This document shows positions 1-10,259 of a DNA stretch of 64,000 nt, piece after piece. The DNA is taken from NCBI GenBank assembly GCA_964425595.1, contig CAYRMW010000002.1, positions 9,368 through 73,367 of the forward strand. Reading direction: 5' to 3'. Every line of letters starts with the position of its first letter. Position 1 is the stretch's first letter. The notes below the pieces were generated by a model. That model made no database searches and was not told the DNA's origin. It saw nothing but the letters and a program-made list of their open reading frames with translations. A program made the translations under genes and the position numbers. This DNA comes from an uncultured Lachnospiraceae bacterium (GTDB lineage: Bacteria; Bacillota; Clostridia; Lachnospirales; Lachnospiraceae).

Positions 1-678
1 TTCGCCGACGGTGCTCCAGGAGAAGTCCATGCGCTGAGCGAAAAAAGCTGGGCGGGAGATCTTCACCGCTTTGGGGAAGAGATGCTGCTCCCGCTTTACC
101 GGAACCTGATGCTGCGTACCCAGAGCAACAAGCTTTATGATCTGGAGATCATCCGCGGGAGGAAACTTTCCTACCCGGAAGGATTTTCGATCAACGAGGA
201 TATCTGGTTCTGCATCCGATATTTAAGCTTCTGCAAACGGGTGGTGTGCATCCCGGGAAGCTACCTTTATTATTGGCAGAACAGCCCGGGAGACAGCCTG
301 ATCAGCCGCTATCATCCGGAAGGGGTGGAAAGCTGCTTTCTTCTTTTGCAGGCGGTGGAAGCCTTTTTAAAACGGGCCAAAAGCTCGGTCCGGGTGCGAA
401 ACGCGATGGAAAATGAGATGCTTTTCCATATCTGCGGCTTTGCCGGCCATATTTACTATCGAAAGGCCAGCGGCCGAAAGGAGTGTCTGGCGTCTGTCCG
501 CAGCCTCGCCGGACGAAGGGAATTCCGGCAGCTGCTAAGGCGGGTGAAGCCGAAAGGCGTGAAGAACCGGACGGCGGCCTTCCTCCTGGGACACCGGATG
601 TGCCGGGTGTATCACTGGATGTGCCTGGTGGTTTATGGAAACCGGCGGGCGGCGTTTCGGAAACAGGGACGAAAGTAA
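1..678 (+). CDS. glycosyltransferase, C-terminal part (5' end outside window)
   Basis: Frame 1 is open from nt 1 to TAA 676-678. The tail ..FSINEDIWFCIRYLSFCKRVVCIPGSYLYYWQNSPGDSL.. resembles the C-terminal half of GT2-type polysaccharide glycosyltransferases. It lies directly upstream of a GT2 gene and a Wzx flippase. Confidence 0.55.
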   Translation, partial: FADGAPGEVHALSEKSWAGDLHRFGEEMLLPLYRNLMLRTQSNKLYDLEIIRGRKLSYPEGFSINEDIWFCIRYLSFCKRVVCIPGSYLYYWQNSPGDSLISRYHPEGVESCFLLLQAVEAFLKRAKSSVRVRNAMENEMLFHICGFAGHIYYRKASGRKECLASVRSLAGRREFRQLLRRVKPKGVKNRTAAFLLGHRMCRVYHWMCLVVYGNRRAAFRKQGRK

Positions 679-737
679 CTGACCGGCAGATTTTTCGCGG
701 TGAACGTGCCGCGGACCAAACAGGAAGGACCAGGAGA

Positions 738-1736
738 ATGGAAGAAAACAAGAATCGGGATGACTCCCCCATCATGGTCAGCATCAGCTGCATCACGTTT
801 AATCACGAACCCTATATCGCCCGGGCGCTGGACAGTTTTCTGATGCAGAAGACGGATTTTCCGTTTGAGATTCTGGTGTACGATGACGCGTCCACGGACC
901 GGACCCAGGAGATCATCCGGGAGTATGAGGCGAGGTATCCGAATATCATCAAGCCTTACTACCAGACGGAAAACCAGTACTCCAAGGGGAAATATAACGT
1001 GGAGGGATTCTATAATTACCCGAGGGCGGCCGGAAAATACATTGCCATGTGCGACGGGGACGATTACTGGACGGACGAGCATAAGCTGCAGATGCAGGTG
1101 GATTATATGGAGGCCCATCCGGAGTGCGCCATGTGCCTTCACGCGGCGCGGATCGAAACAGAGGAGCGGGCGGTACAGCAGCTGGAGATCCGGCCGTACC
1201 GGAAAAGCCGGGTGATCCCGGCGGAAAAGGTGATCGATAAGCCGTCGAATTACCCTACGGCATCCCTGTTGTTCCGGACGGCATATACCAGGGATCTCCA
1301 GGATTACTATTATGTAAGCCCTGTGGGGGATATCCCGATCCAGATCCACATGGCGGCGAAGGGGACGGTTTATTATATGGACCGGCAGATGTCCGTGTAC
1401 CGGCAGGGCGTATCCGTGTCCTGGAGCGCGCTGATGAAGCAGGGCAATTATAAACAGAACCTGATCGACCATCACAATGCCATGCGGGTGATGTACCGGG
1501 GATTTTCCCGGGAAACCGGCGGAAAATACGACCGTGCCATCGAGCGGGCGTGCCGGAGGATGGATTTTCTCACTTGTATCAATGTCAAGGAATACGCGGA
1601 GGCCCTGGCGCCGGGATACCGGTGCTTTTTTCGGGAGCTTCCCTTAAGGACCAGGGCGCTGATCCTCTTTGAGATGAAAGCGCCGGGGCTTTACCGGTGG
1701 GTTCGCAGGAAGGTATACGGCGAAGAGCGGGGATAG
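738..1736 (+). CDS. family 2 glycosyltransferase
   Basis: ATG 738 follows AGGAAGGA (722-729). ..VSISCITFNHEPYIARALDSFLMQKTDFPFEILVYDDASTDRT.. and ..CDGDDYW.. are GT2 hallmarks. The ORF-track start at 483 overlaps the upstream CDS and has no RBS. Confidence 0.85.
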   Translation: MEENKNRDDSPIMVSISCITFNHEPYIARALDSFLMQKTDFPFEILVYDDASTDRTQEIIREYEARYPNIIKPYYQTENQYSKGKYNVEGFYNYPRAAGKYIAMCDGDDYWTDEHKLQMQVDYMEAHPECAMCLHAARIETEERAVQQLEIRPYRKSRVIPAEKVIDKPSNYPTASLLFRTAYTRDLQDYYYVSPVGDIPIQIHMAAKGTVYYMDRQMSVYRQGVSVSWSALMKQGNYKQNLIDHHNAMRVMYRGFSRETGGKYDRAIERACRRMDFLTCINVKEYAEALAPGYRCFFRELPLRTRALILFEMKAPGLYRWVRRKVYGEERG

Positions 1737-1752
1737 AAAGGACATTCAGCGG

Positions 1753-3213
1753 ATGAACGAGAGAGGGACGAAGAGCCAGATCATTAACGGCCTGTTCTGG
1801 AAAGTCATGGAAAACGGGGGGGCGCAGGGGATACAGTTTGTCATATCGATTCTTCTGGCCAGACTGCTTTCGGCGGAAGAATATGGTGTCGTTAATCTGG
1901 TACTGATCTTTGTCACCATTGCCAACGTCATTGTGCAGAACGGTTTCGGCACGGCGCTGATCCAGAAAAGGGAGGCGGACCAGCGGGATTATTCTTCGGT
2001 CTTTTATGTTAATCTGGCGGCGGCCTGCGTGATCTATCTGCTGCTGGTTCTTTGCGCGCCGTGGATCGCGGATTTTTATGATAATCCGCAGATGACGCGC
2101 ATTGTGCGGATCCTGTCCCTTGTGCTTTTCCCCGGGGCGGTGATTTCCGTGCAGAGCGCGTATGTTTCCCGGAAGATGGAATTCCGGGGACTGTGCATCT
2201 CGACCATGGCGGCGGCCCTGGTTTCCGGCGCGGTGGGCGTGGCCATGGCTGCCATGGGCTTTGGCGTCTGGGCCCTGGTGGGCCAGCAGCTCCTGTATTA
2301 TCTGGTGCTCATGGCCGTGCTGTTTTTGACGGTGCCGTGGCGCCCGAAGGCGGTCTTTGCCGCAAAACGGGTGGGAACGATGTTTAGCTTTGGCTGGAAG
2401 CTTTTGTGCGCCTCTCTGGTGGATTCCCTGTTTACGAACCTTTACGGGCTGGTGGTGGGCAAGATCTACGATGAGACGGCCATGGGCATATACAGCCGGG
2501 GAGAACAGTTCCCGAAGCTGATCGTGACGAACCTGGGCACGGCGATCCAGGCCGTGATGCTGCCGGCCCTTTCTGCCCGTCAGACGCATCCGGACCAGGT
2601 GGTGAGCCTGCTGCGGCGGGCGATCAAGACCAGCGTCTTTCTGGTGCTTCCCATGATGGCCGGCCTTGCCGCGACGGCAGACAATCTGGTCCTGGTTCTT
2701 CTGGGAGAGAAATGGCTGGCCTGCGTGCCTTTCCTGCAGATATCCTGTCTGGCGTACGCCGTTTATCCTATGGATGTGGCCAATCTCCAGGCCTTAAACG
2801 CCATGGGACGAAGCGATGTGTTCCTGAAGCTGGAGATCGTCAAAAAGGTGGTGGGCGTGGCTGTCCTTCTTTGCAGCATGCGCTGCGGCGCGGTAGCCTT
2901 TATCGCCTGGAAGGCGGCGGGAGATTTTCTGTGTACCTTTATCAATGCCTGGCCGAATCAGCGGCTTTTGGGCTACCATATCCGTCAGATGTGGCGGGAT
3001 ATTCTGCCCTCGCTGGCGGTGTCTGTGCTGATGGGGGGCATCGTGTATGCCAGCCGGCTCGCGCTGCCGGCCGGCATCGCAGGGCTGGCTGGTCAGGTGG
3101 CGCTGGGGGCCGCTGTTTATCTGCTGTTGTCCTGGCTCTTTAAACTGGAAAGCTTCCTCTACCTGTGGGATCTGGTGTGGAAAAAGCTTTCCGGGAAGAT
3201 GTACAGCGCGTGA
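1753..3213 (+). CDS. polysaccharide/oligosaccharide flippase (Wzx, MOP/PST family)
   Basis: 486 aa and multi-TM. The N-terminus ..GLFWKVMENGGAQGIQFVISILLARLLSAEEYGVVNLVLIF..ALIQKRE.. is typical of Wzx-type flippases. It follows the GT genes. Confidence 0.85.
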   Translation: MNERGTKSQIINGLFWKVMENGGAQGIQFVISILLARLLSAEEYGVVNLVLIFVTIANVIVQNGFGTALIQKREADQRDYSSVFYVNLAAACVIYLLLVLCAPWIADFYDNPQMTRIVRILSLVLFPGAVISVQSAYVSRKMEFRGLCISTMAAALVSGAVGVAMAAMGFGVWALVGQQLLYYLVLMAVLFLTVPWRPKAVFAAKRVGTMFSFGWKLLCASLVDSLFTNLYGLVVGKIYDETAMGIYSRGEQFPKLIVTNLGTAIQAVMLPALSARQTHPDQVVSLLRRAIKTSVFLVLPMMAGLAATADNLVLVLLGEKWLACVPFLQISCLAYAVYPMDVANLQALNAMGRSDVFLKLEIVKKVVGVAVLLCSMRCGAVAFIAWKAAGDFLCTFINAWPNQRLLGYHIRQMWRDILPSLAVSVLMGGIVYASRLALPAGIAGLAGQVALGAAVYLLLSWLFKLESFLYLWDLVWKKLSGKMYSA

Positions 3214-3242
3214 TGGCGGGGGCAGAAGCGCCCCGCCGCGGC

Positions 3243-4262
3243 TTAAAACAGCGACACCACGGACTGCCGCTCGACAATTTCGACGTCCATTTTCGCATGG
3301 CCGGATTCCTTCGGGGATCCGGCCTTTATTGCTTCCAGGAGAAGGCGGACGGCGGTTTTTGCCTTCTCGGGGATGTTCTGCGAGATGGAGGTGAGCTTCG
3401 GAACGGTGTACTGGCAGAGCTTCAGGTTGTCATAACCGACGACGGATAAGTCGATCGGGATCCGATAGCCGCTGAGCCTGGCGCCCTCCATCACGCCGAT
3501 GGCGCTGATGTCGGCGGTCGTGACCACGGCGGTGATTTCATTTCTGCCGCCGGCGATCCGCTTTCCGGCTTCGATCCCGCCCTCATAGGAGGGCGGGAAG
3601 GGAAAGACATACTCCGGCCGGAAGGGGATGCCGCTTTCCTCCAGAGCCTGGCAGTATCCACGGAACCGGCTGGTAAGAAGGGCGTTTCCCTCGTAGTCTG
3701 CCACAAAGGCGATGTGGTCGTGTCCGTGGTTGATCATGTATTTGGTGGACAGATACAGTCCTTTCCGGTCGTCGGAGGTCACATTAATGACGCCGGGCAG
3801 CGTCAGCGAGCTGTCGAAGACGGCCACGGGACAGGGACACCGGGCGGAGAAGGATTCCAGGCAATCCTGGAAATCGGGATACAGGAAAATGATGCCGTCC
3901 ACATTCCAGTTCTTCAGCAGTACCATAATATCCGACTGCTGGGAGATGGCCCGGACCATGGTGTAGTAGCCGTTCCGGCGCAGTTCCCGTTCGATGGTTC
4001 CGATCATGGTGCTGATGTAGGGATTCTCCAGATAGTTTTCCTGCTCTTCCGATTCATCCGCGGTAATGAGGATCCCGATAATGTTGGATGTTTTATTGGT
4101 AAGGCTGCGGGCGCTTAAGTTCGGCACGTAGCCGCATTCTTTGATGATGGCGTTCACCTTTTCAATGGTTTGGGCGGATACACGGTTATGTTTTCCGTTG
4201 ATCACATTGGATACGGTCATCATGCTGACACCTGCCCGTTCGGCAATATCTTTTAAAGTCAT
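3243..4262 (-). CDS. LacI family transcriptional regulator
   Basis: N-terminal HTH MTLKDIAERAGVSMMTVSNVINGK followed by a periplasmic-binding-fold sugar domain. It is divergent from the sugar ABC operon. Confidence 0.9.
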   Translation of the reverse strand: MTLKDIAERAGVSMMTVSNVINGKHNRVSAQTIEKVNAIIKECGYVPNLSARSLTNKTSNIIGILITADESEEQENYLENPYISTMIGTIERELRRNGYYTMVRAISQQSDIMVLLKNWNVDGIIFLYPDFQDCLESFSARCPCPVAVFDSSLTLPGVINVTSDDRKGLYLSTKYMINHGHDHIAFVADYEGNALLTSRFRGYCQALEESGIPFRPEYVFPFPPSYEGGIEAGKRIAGGRNEITAVVTTADISAIGVMEGARLSGYRIPIDLSVVGYDNLKLCQYTVPKLTSISQNIPEKAKTAVRLLLEAIKAGSPKESGHAKMDVEIVERQSVVSLF

Positions 4263-4471
4263 AAATTTCGGCCTTCCTTCATCTGCATTTAGTAAACAAA
4301 CGGTAGGTTTATTAAATACAGTATAACGAATCGTCAGAAAAAAGTCAATGCCAAGAACTTGGTGATAAAACCGGTGTTATGCATAAAAATAAGTGACAAA
4401 AATCATGCATAATGCCGAAAACAAAAAAAGAAATTGACAAGACATGTGAGCGATGATACCTTTATTATAGA

Positions 4472-4483
4472 TTTAGCGCTAAA
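4472..4483. promoter_or_regulatory. candidate LacI-type operator (perfect palindrome TTTAGCGCTAAA)
   Basis: A 12-bp perfect palindrome with a central GCGC lies in the divergent lacI / ABC-operon intergenic region, 67 bp upstream of the SBP start codon. Confidence 0.4.
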
Positions 4484-4549
4484 CCCAAAGAAACGAAGAT
4501 TGACAAGATAATCAGGAACGACCCTGACAGGAAAGGAAGGTATTGGTTT

Positions 4550-5920
4550 ATGAAAAAAAGAGTAATTGCATTGGCGGCGGCGGTATCTGCGGCAGTGACC
4601 GGCCTGTATGGCTGCGGCAGCGGAACGGGGAGTTCGGTCGCTGAGGAGACTGCGGCGGCAGAGGTCCCTACGGAGCCCTTTGGCGATACGATCCAGTATG
4701 ATCCGTCGGAGGCGGTAAATAACGGGGAAAGCATCACCATTGAATTCTGGGAGTGGGGGAGTGACGATCTGTTCCAGGAGGTGATCGACGGTTATATGGC
4801 GATCCATCCCAATGTGACCATTAAACTGGTGAATAACCCCTGGGACGATTACTGGACGAAGCTTCCGCTGGCTTTGGACGGAGACAGCGGTCCGGCGCTC
4901 TTTAATGTACACAACAGCTACCACGAGAATATCATCAATTACATGGCTCCCCTGGAGATCCCTCTGGAGGATCTGCGGGCGGACTTTAACGGCGTGGACG
5001 CCCATGTGATCGATGGAGAAGTGTACTATATTGATTATGGCATGATGACCGGTTCCATTTATTACAATAAGGACATGTGGGAAGCGGCGGGTCTGACGGA
5101 TGAAGATATTCCGACCACCTGGGATGAGCTGCGGGAAGTGGCGAAGAAACTGACTATCCGCGATGGCGACACGCTGATCCAGGCCGGACTGAATTTTAAT
5201 GACGAGTACGAGAATTATCTTCTGGGATTAAACTATCAGCTGGGCGAGAATCTGTTCCAGGAAGACGGGACCACACCGAACGTAAACAGCGACGCGATGA
5301 AGCAGATTTTGCAGATGCTGGTGGACATCTACGAAGTGGACGGAAGCGGCTCGGCAGATTTTGGCGACAATGGGGCGGACAGCTTCGGACAGGGGCAGAG
5401 CGCCATGGTTCTCCAGTGGGGGCATTATTACAATACATTGAACACGACCTGGACGGATATCAACTACGGTGTGTTTGAACTGCCCACCTTTGAAGAAGGC
5501 ACGCCGTACGCTTACGACCGCTACAACGGCGAGTCCACATTCGGCGTGAACAAGAACGCGCCGGAGGATCAGCAGGCCGTAGCCCAGGACTTCATCAAAT
5601 ACTTCCTGGCAAATGACGATGCGCAGGTGGCGTTTAATCTGGCCATGAGCACCTTCCCGGCAAAGAAATCGCTGGCGGATAATGAAGAGATCCTGGCAAA
5701 CCCGGCTCTGGCTGTTCTGGCTGAGCACATTGACCGGTATATCTGGCCGGGCTCGATGCCTTCTACCATGGAGACCTCCCTTAACAAGGCGGGAGAGGAT
5801 GTGTTCTATAATGGTGTTGACATTGAGACGGCGTTAGAGGAGGCGCAGGAGAATATTATCCGGGATATGCAGGGCACTACGTTTGTCTCGGTTGAAGACC
5901 AGTATACTTACGCGGAGTAA
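4550..5920 (+). CDS. sugar ABC transporter substrate-binding lipoprotein
   Basis: Signal peptide with lipobox (..VTGLYGCGSG..), RBS GGAAAGGAAGG upstream, and a family-1 extracellular solute-binding fold. Confidence 0.9.
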   Translation: MKKRVIALAAAVSAAVTGLYGCGSGTGSSVAEETAAAEVPTEPFGDTIQYDPSEAVNNGESITIEFWEWGSDDLFQEVIDGYMAIHPNVTIKLVNNPWDDYWTKLPLALDGDSGPALFNVHNSYHENIINYMAPLEIPLEDLRADFNGVDAHVIDGEVYYIDYGMMTGSIYYNKDMWEAAGLTDEDIPTTWDELREVAKKLTIRDGDTLIQAGLNFNDEYENYLLGLNYQLGENLFQEDGTTPNVNSDAMKQILQMLVDIYEVDGSGSADFGDNGADSFGQGQSAMVLQWGHYYNTLNTTWTDINYGVFELPTFEEGTPYAYDRYNGESTFGVNKNAPEDQQAVAQDFIKYFLANDDAQVAFNLAMSTFPAKKSLADNEEILANPALAVLAEHIDRYIWPGSMPSTMETSLNKAGEDVFYNGVDIETALEEAQENIIRDMQGTTFVSVEDQYTYAE

Positions 5921-5929
5921 AGCAGCATG

Positions 5930-5980
5930 CGCCGCCGGCAGGCTTTCCGGATGAACGGACATGCGCCGGCGGCGGTTTTT
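5930..5980 (+). terminator. intra-operon hairpin / partial terminator after the SBP gene
   Basis: CGCCGCCGGC (5930-5939) pairs with GCCGGCGGCG (5965-5974) and is followed by GTTTTTA. This arrangement is common after SBP genes and favours SBP over permease expression. Confidence 0.45.
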
Positions 5981-6017
5981 ACGGTAAAGCGGACCGGGAT
6001 CGAAAGGAGGAACCGCT

Positions 6018-6896
6018 GTGTTTAAGAAATCTTATCCCCTGCAGAGCAAAAGTGAGATTATCCTGCGCAATATCGTCGTGATGGCCATGGTGATCTTTTT
6101 TACGGTGTTTCTGGTCGTGCCCATTGTCATTGCTTTCGCGGGAAGCTTCCATGAGTGGAACCCGCTGAGCGGAACCTATCGTTTCCTTGGCCTGGAAAAT
6201 TACCGGAATATTTTTACCAGCGCCCTTTTCGGAAAAGCCATGTTAAACACGGTGATCTTTTCCGTGGTGGCCATCATTTTCCGGCTGATCCTGGGGCTGG
6301 GGATCGCCTGCGCCATTTATTCGACGCTGATCCGGTTCAAGAGCTTTTACCGCGCGATTTATTACATGCCGGTAGTTACGCCCATGGTGGCGGTGGCCTT
6401 TGTATGGAAATTTATGTATAATCCCCAGATCGGCGTGATCAATCAGTTCCTGGGGACCAGCATCAACTGGCTGAAAAATTCTTCAACGGCTCTGGGCGCC
6501 GTGATCGTGATGACGATCTGGAAGGATTTCGGTTATGCCGTGGTGATGTACATGGCTGGTCTGTATTCGCTTCCCATGGACGTGATGGAGGCGGCCAAGG
6601 TGGACGGCGCCAGCAGCATGCAGACGTTCCGCTATATTACGCTGCCCCTGCTTAAGCCGATGACGCTGTTTGTGGTGATCACCTCGATCATTTCCTATCT
6701 CCAGGCCTATGTGCAGATCCTGATCATGACAGAAGGCGGACCGGGAACGGCCACATACCTGGCATCCTACATTATCTATGATGAGGCGTTTGTAAAATAT
6801 AACTTCGGCTATGCATCCGCCCTTTCCTTTGTGCTGTTTGTGTTTACGGCGGTGTTTACGTGGCTGTCATTCCGGGTTTCCGGCTCGAAAAGTTAA
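6018..6896 (+). CDS. sugar ABC transporter permease (MalF/UgpA-like)
   Basis: GTG start after AAAGGAGG. Six-TM permease with the EAA-type loop ..MEAAKVDGASSMQTFRYITLPLLKP.. Confidence 0.9.
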   Translation: MFKKSYPLQSKSEIILRNIVVMAMVIFFTVFLVVPIVIAFAGSFHEWNPLSGTYRFLGLENYRNIFTSALFGKAMLNTVIFSVVAIIFRLILGLGIACAIYSTLIRFKSFYRAIYYMPVVTPMVAVAFVWKFMYNPQIGVINQFLGTSINWLKNSSTALGAVIVMTIWKDFGYAVVMYMAGLYSLPMDVMEAAKVDGASSMQTFRYITLPLLKPMTLFVVITSIISYLQAYVQILIMTEGGPGTATYLASYIIYDEAFVKYNFGYASALSFVLFVFTAVFTWLSFRVSGSKS

Positions 6897-6909
6897 GGAG
6901 GTCAGGTCC

Positions 6910-7731
6910 ATGAGAAAGAAAATCAGCAGTATTGTATTGAATGTTGTGCTCCTGCTGCTGGGACTGGCGACGGTATATCCCTTTGTCTGGATGCTGTGCT
7001 CCTCCTTTAAGCAGAACAAGGAGATCATGGCGCTGGAACAGCATCTTCTGCCCCAGAAGTTCATCACTGACAATTACATCAACATGAACGCGCATTTTAA
7101 TTTCCTGCGCTTTTTCGCGAACAGCTTGTTGATCACGGTGGTGACGACCGTTATCGTCCTCTACACCAGCACCATCTGCGGCTTTGTGCTGAGCAAATAT
7201 CGGTTTAAGGGACGAAACCTTCTGTTCGGGTTCGTGCTGTCTACCATGATGATCCCCTGGTGCGTTACGATCATCCCCAAGTATTCCATGATCCGGGCGT
7301 TCGGCTGGATGGACAGTTATGCGGCCCTGATCATCCCGGCCATGTTCAGCGGGTTCGGGATTTTCATGATGAAGCAGCACATCGCCTCCATTCCGGACGA
7401 GATCATGGAAGCGGCCCGGATCGACGGCGCCAATGAATTTTATATTTTCCATCAGATTATTTTCCCCATGGCCAAGAACGGCATCTCCAGCATCGCGATC
7501 TTCCAGTTTTTGTGGGCATGGGAGGACTACCTCTGGCCTTACCTGATGATCAACAGTCAGGAAAAGCAGGTTCTGGCAGTGGGACTGAAGATGTTCAACG
7601 GGCAGTACTCCACCGACTATGGCGCGCTGTTTGCGGCAACCACCATTTCCATCATTCCGGTGCTGCTGATCTATCTTTTCTTCCAGAAGAGGTTTATCGC
7701 GGGCATCGCGGCGTCGGCCGTGAAGGGATAG
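6910..7731 (+). CDS. sugar ABC transporter permease (MalG/UgpE-like)
   Basis: ATG 6910 follows AAGGAGG. Contains ..MEAARIDGANEFYIFHQIIFPMAKN.. The ORF-track start at 6811 overlaps the previous gene. Confidence 0.9.
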   Translation: MRKKISSIVLNVVLLLLGLATVYPFVWMLCSSFKQNKEIMALEQHLLPQKFITDNYINMNAHFNFLRFFANSLLITVVTTVIVLYTSTICGFVLSKYRFKGRNLLFGFVLSTMMIPWCVTIIPKYSMIRAFGWMDSYAALIIPAMFSGFGIFMMKQHIASIPDEIMEAARIDGANEFYIFHQIIFPMAKNGISSIAIFQFLWAWEDYLWPYLMINSQEKQVLAVGLKMFNGQYSTDYGALFAATTISIIPVLLIYLFFQKRFIAGIAASAVKG

Positions 7732-7801
7732 ATGGAGCCTCGAACCGTCTGTTCATCACCGGTTTTATGTGGTAAAATTACGGAAGCAAGGAGAGAGAAG
7801 G

Positions 7802-10213
7802 ATGAAAGAGTGCTACAGAGTAAAGACCCGCCCGACAGCCAGGAAAGAAAACATGGTCATCGGCGAGAAATACCGGATCACCGTTCTGACGGAGGGACTG
7901 ATCCGGCTGGAATACAGTGAGACGGGAGAATTTGAAGACAGGGCGACACAGATGGTGTTTTGCCGGGATTTCCCGGCTGCAAACTACCGCGTGATCCGCA
8001 CGGATAACGGGATCGAGCTTCATACGGACCGGATCCATTTGATCTACAATGAACAGGAATTTTCCTCCTGGGGCTTAAGCATCCAGGTTAAGGGAAAGCT
8101 AAGCGCCTACCATAGTATCTGGCGTTACGGCGAGCCGGTCCATGACCTGAAGGGGACGGCAAGAACGCTGGACGAAGCGGACGGAGAGGTGCCCCTGGAC
8201 CGCGGCGTTGTTTCCCGTTTCGGTTATTCGGTGATCGACGACAGCCGCTCGCAGATCCTTCTGGAGGACGGCTGGATCGAGCCGAGGAAGAAGGGGCTGC
8301 GGGATCTCTACTTTTTCGGGTACGGCCATGATTATAAGGGAGCGCTTCGCGATTTCTATGCCCTGTGCGGCAAGACGCCCATGCTTCCCCGATTCGCGCT
8401 GGGCAACTGGTGGAGCCGCTACTACAAATATACGGAAGAAAGTTATCTGCAGCTGATGGACCGGTTCGCGAAGGAAAACCTGCCCTTTACGGTGGCAGTC
8501 ATCGACATGGACTGGCATCTGGTGGATATTGATCCGAAGTACGGAAGCGGATGGACCGGCTATACCTGGAACCGGGAATTTTTTCCTGACCCGCCGGGCT
8601 TTTTGACGAAGCTCCATGACCGGGGGATGCGGGTTACTCTGAATGTTCATCCGGCGGAAGGCGTTCAGGCCCATGAGGAGATGTATCCCCGGATCGCCCG
8701 GATCATGGGGGTGGATGTGGAGAATGAGGATCCGGTAAACTGTGATCCGGCAGATCCGAAATTTATGGAGGCGTATTTTTCCTGCCTGCATCACCCGCGG
8801 GAAGAGGAAGGGGTGGACTTCTGGTGGGTGGACTGGCAGCAGGGTACCAACAGCAGGATCGAGGGACTGGACCCGCTTTGGATCCTGAACCATTTCCATT
8901 TCCTGGACAGTGGGCGCAACGGGAAACGCCCCATGACATTCTCCCGCTACGCGGGGCCGGGAAGCCACCGGTATCCTATCGGATTTTCCGGCGATTCGCT
9001 CATTACCTGGGAATCCCTTGACTTCCAGCCGTATTTTACCGCCACGGCATCCAATATCGGCTATGGCTGGTGGAGCCATGATATCGGCGGTCACATGATG
9101 GGCTATAAGAATGACGAGATGGAGACCAGGTGGGTGCAGTTCGGCATTTATTCGCCGGTCATGCGGCTGCACAGCTCCTGCAGTGAATTTAACGGAAAGG
9201 AGCCGTGGCGGTATAAGAAGGAATCGGAACTTGCCATGGGCGAGGCGCTCCGCCAGCGTCACCGGATGATCCCCTATCTGTATACCATGAATGAGCGAAG
9301 TTTCCGCGAGGATCTTCCGCTGATCCTGCCGATGTATTACGATTATCCGGAAGCGCCGGAAGCCTATCAGGTCAAGAACCAGTACCTGTTCGGAAGCGAG
9401 CTTCTGGCAGCGCCCATTACCACGCCGCGGATTGCGGGGCTGAATGTGGCGAAGGTGAAAGTCTGGATCCCGGAAGGGCTGTGGTACGATATCCATACCG
9501 GCATGATGTATGACGGCGGACGCATGATGGAAATGTACCGGGATCTGGAATCCATTCCTGTGCTTGCCCGTGCCGGCGGCATCCTTCCCCTCACGGATGA
9601 GATCAGTCCCGCACAGGCCTCGGGAAATCCGGAATGCCTGCGCGTCCGGGTCTTTGCCGGGAAGGACGGCGCATTTACGCTTTACGAGGATGACAATGAA
9701 ACCTGCGGTTATCAGAACGGCGTCTGCGTCCGCACGAAGATGCGGTATGCCGAAACGGACGAAACGGCGGAATTTACCGTGGAGCCGGCTCGGGGAGAGC
9801 GCGCGCTCATTCCGGAAAAGAGAAGCTGGACCGTGGAGTTTGCCGGTTTCCTGGCCGGGGCAGCGAAAGAGGAGCGGATCCGGGTGTTCGCGGATGACAG
9901 TCCGGTCGGCGGGATCACGGTTGCTTATGAGGAAAGGATGCAGGCGGTACAGGTGAAACTTCCGCCGGTGGAAACCGGAAAGCAGATCCGCATCGTGCTG
10001 GACGGCAGTCTGCGGGCAAAAGGAAACCGGGTTGAAGAACGGTGCTTTGCCTTCTTAAACCAGGCGGAGATCGAATTCCTTTTAAAGGACAGACTGTACC
10101 GGCTGATTCAGAACGAAAAGCGGCTTCCGGTCCTTTTGGGAAGGCTGGACGCCATGGAGATCGATGGAGACTTAAGGATGGCCCTGGAAGAGATCCTGAC
10201 GGCCAGAGTCTGA
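7802..10213 (+). CDS. glycoside hydrolase family 31 (alpha-glucosidase/alpha-xylosidase type)
   Basis: GH31 blocks VAVIDMDWH, DFWWVDWQQG (nucleophile region), GFSGDSLITWESL (acid/base region) and WWSHDIGGH are all present. No signal peptide. ATG 7802 follows GGAGAGAGAAGG. Confidence 0.85.
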   Translation: MKECYRVKTRPTARKENMVIGEKYRITVLTEGLIRLEYSETGEFEDRATQMVFCRDFPAANYRVIRTDNGIELHTDRIHLIYNEQEFSSWGLSIQVKGKLSAYHSIWRYGEPVHDLKGTARTLDEADGEVPLDRGVVSRFGYSVIDDSRSQILLEDGWIEPRKKGLRDLYFFGYGHDYKGALRDFYALCGKTPMLPRFALGNWWSRYYKYTEESYLQLMDRFAKENLPFTVAVIDMDWHLVDIDPKYGSGWTGYTWNREFFPDPPGFLTKLHDRGMRVTLNVHPAEGVQAHEEMYPRIARIMGVDVENEDPVNCDPADPKFMEAYFSCLHHPREEEGVDFWWVDWQQGTNSRIEGLDPLWILNHFHFLDSGRNGKRPMTFSRYAGPGSHRYPIGFSGDSLITWESLDFQPYFTATASNIGYGWWSHDIGGHMMGYKNDEMETRWVQFGIYSPVMRLHSSCSEFNGKEPWRYKKESELAMGEALRQRHRMIPYLYTMNERSFREDLPLILPMYYDYPEAPEAYQVKNQYLFGSELLAAPITTPRIAGLNVAKVKVWIPEGLWYDIHTGMMYDGGRMMEMYRDLESIPVLARAGGILPLTDEISPAQASGNPECLRVRVFAGKDGAFTLYEDDNETCGYQNGVCVRTKMRYAETDETAEFTVEPARGERALIPEKRSWTVEFAGFLAGAAKEERIRVFADDSPVGGITVAYEERMQAVQVKLPPVETGKQIRIVLDGSLRAKGNRVEERCFAFLNQAEIEFLLKDRLYRLIQNEKRLPVLLGRLDAMEIDGDLRMALEEILTARV

Positions 10214-10259
10214 GAACGATCCTTTCACGAAGGGAAAAGATGAGTTGAGGGAGGATACC

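Noticed and set aside
483-737. N-terminal extension of the GT2 ORF. Analogous extended starts occur at 6811, 7769, 10245, 12044, 24688, 26850, 28741, 30493, 32885, 33328, 34354, 39886, 44129 and 47385.
   Set aside because: The extensions overlap upstream genes, riboswitches or promoters and have no RBS. Internal ATGs with GGAGG-type sites coincide with the conserved N-termini of the families.
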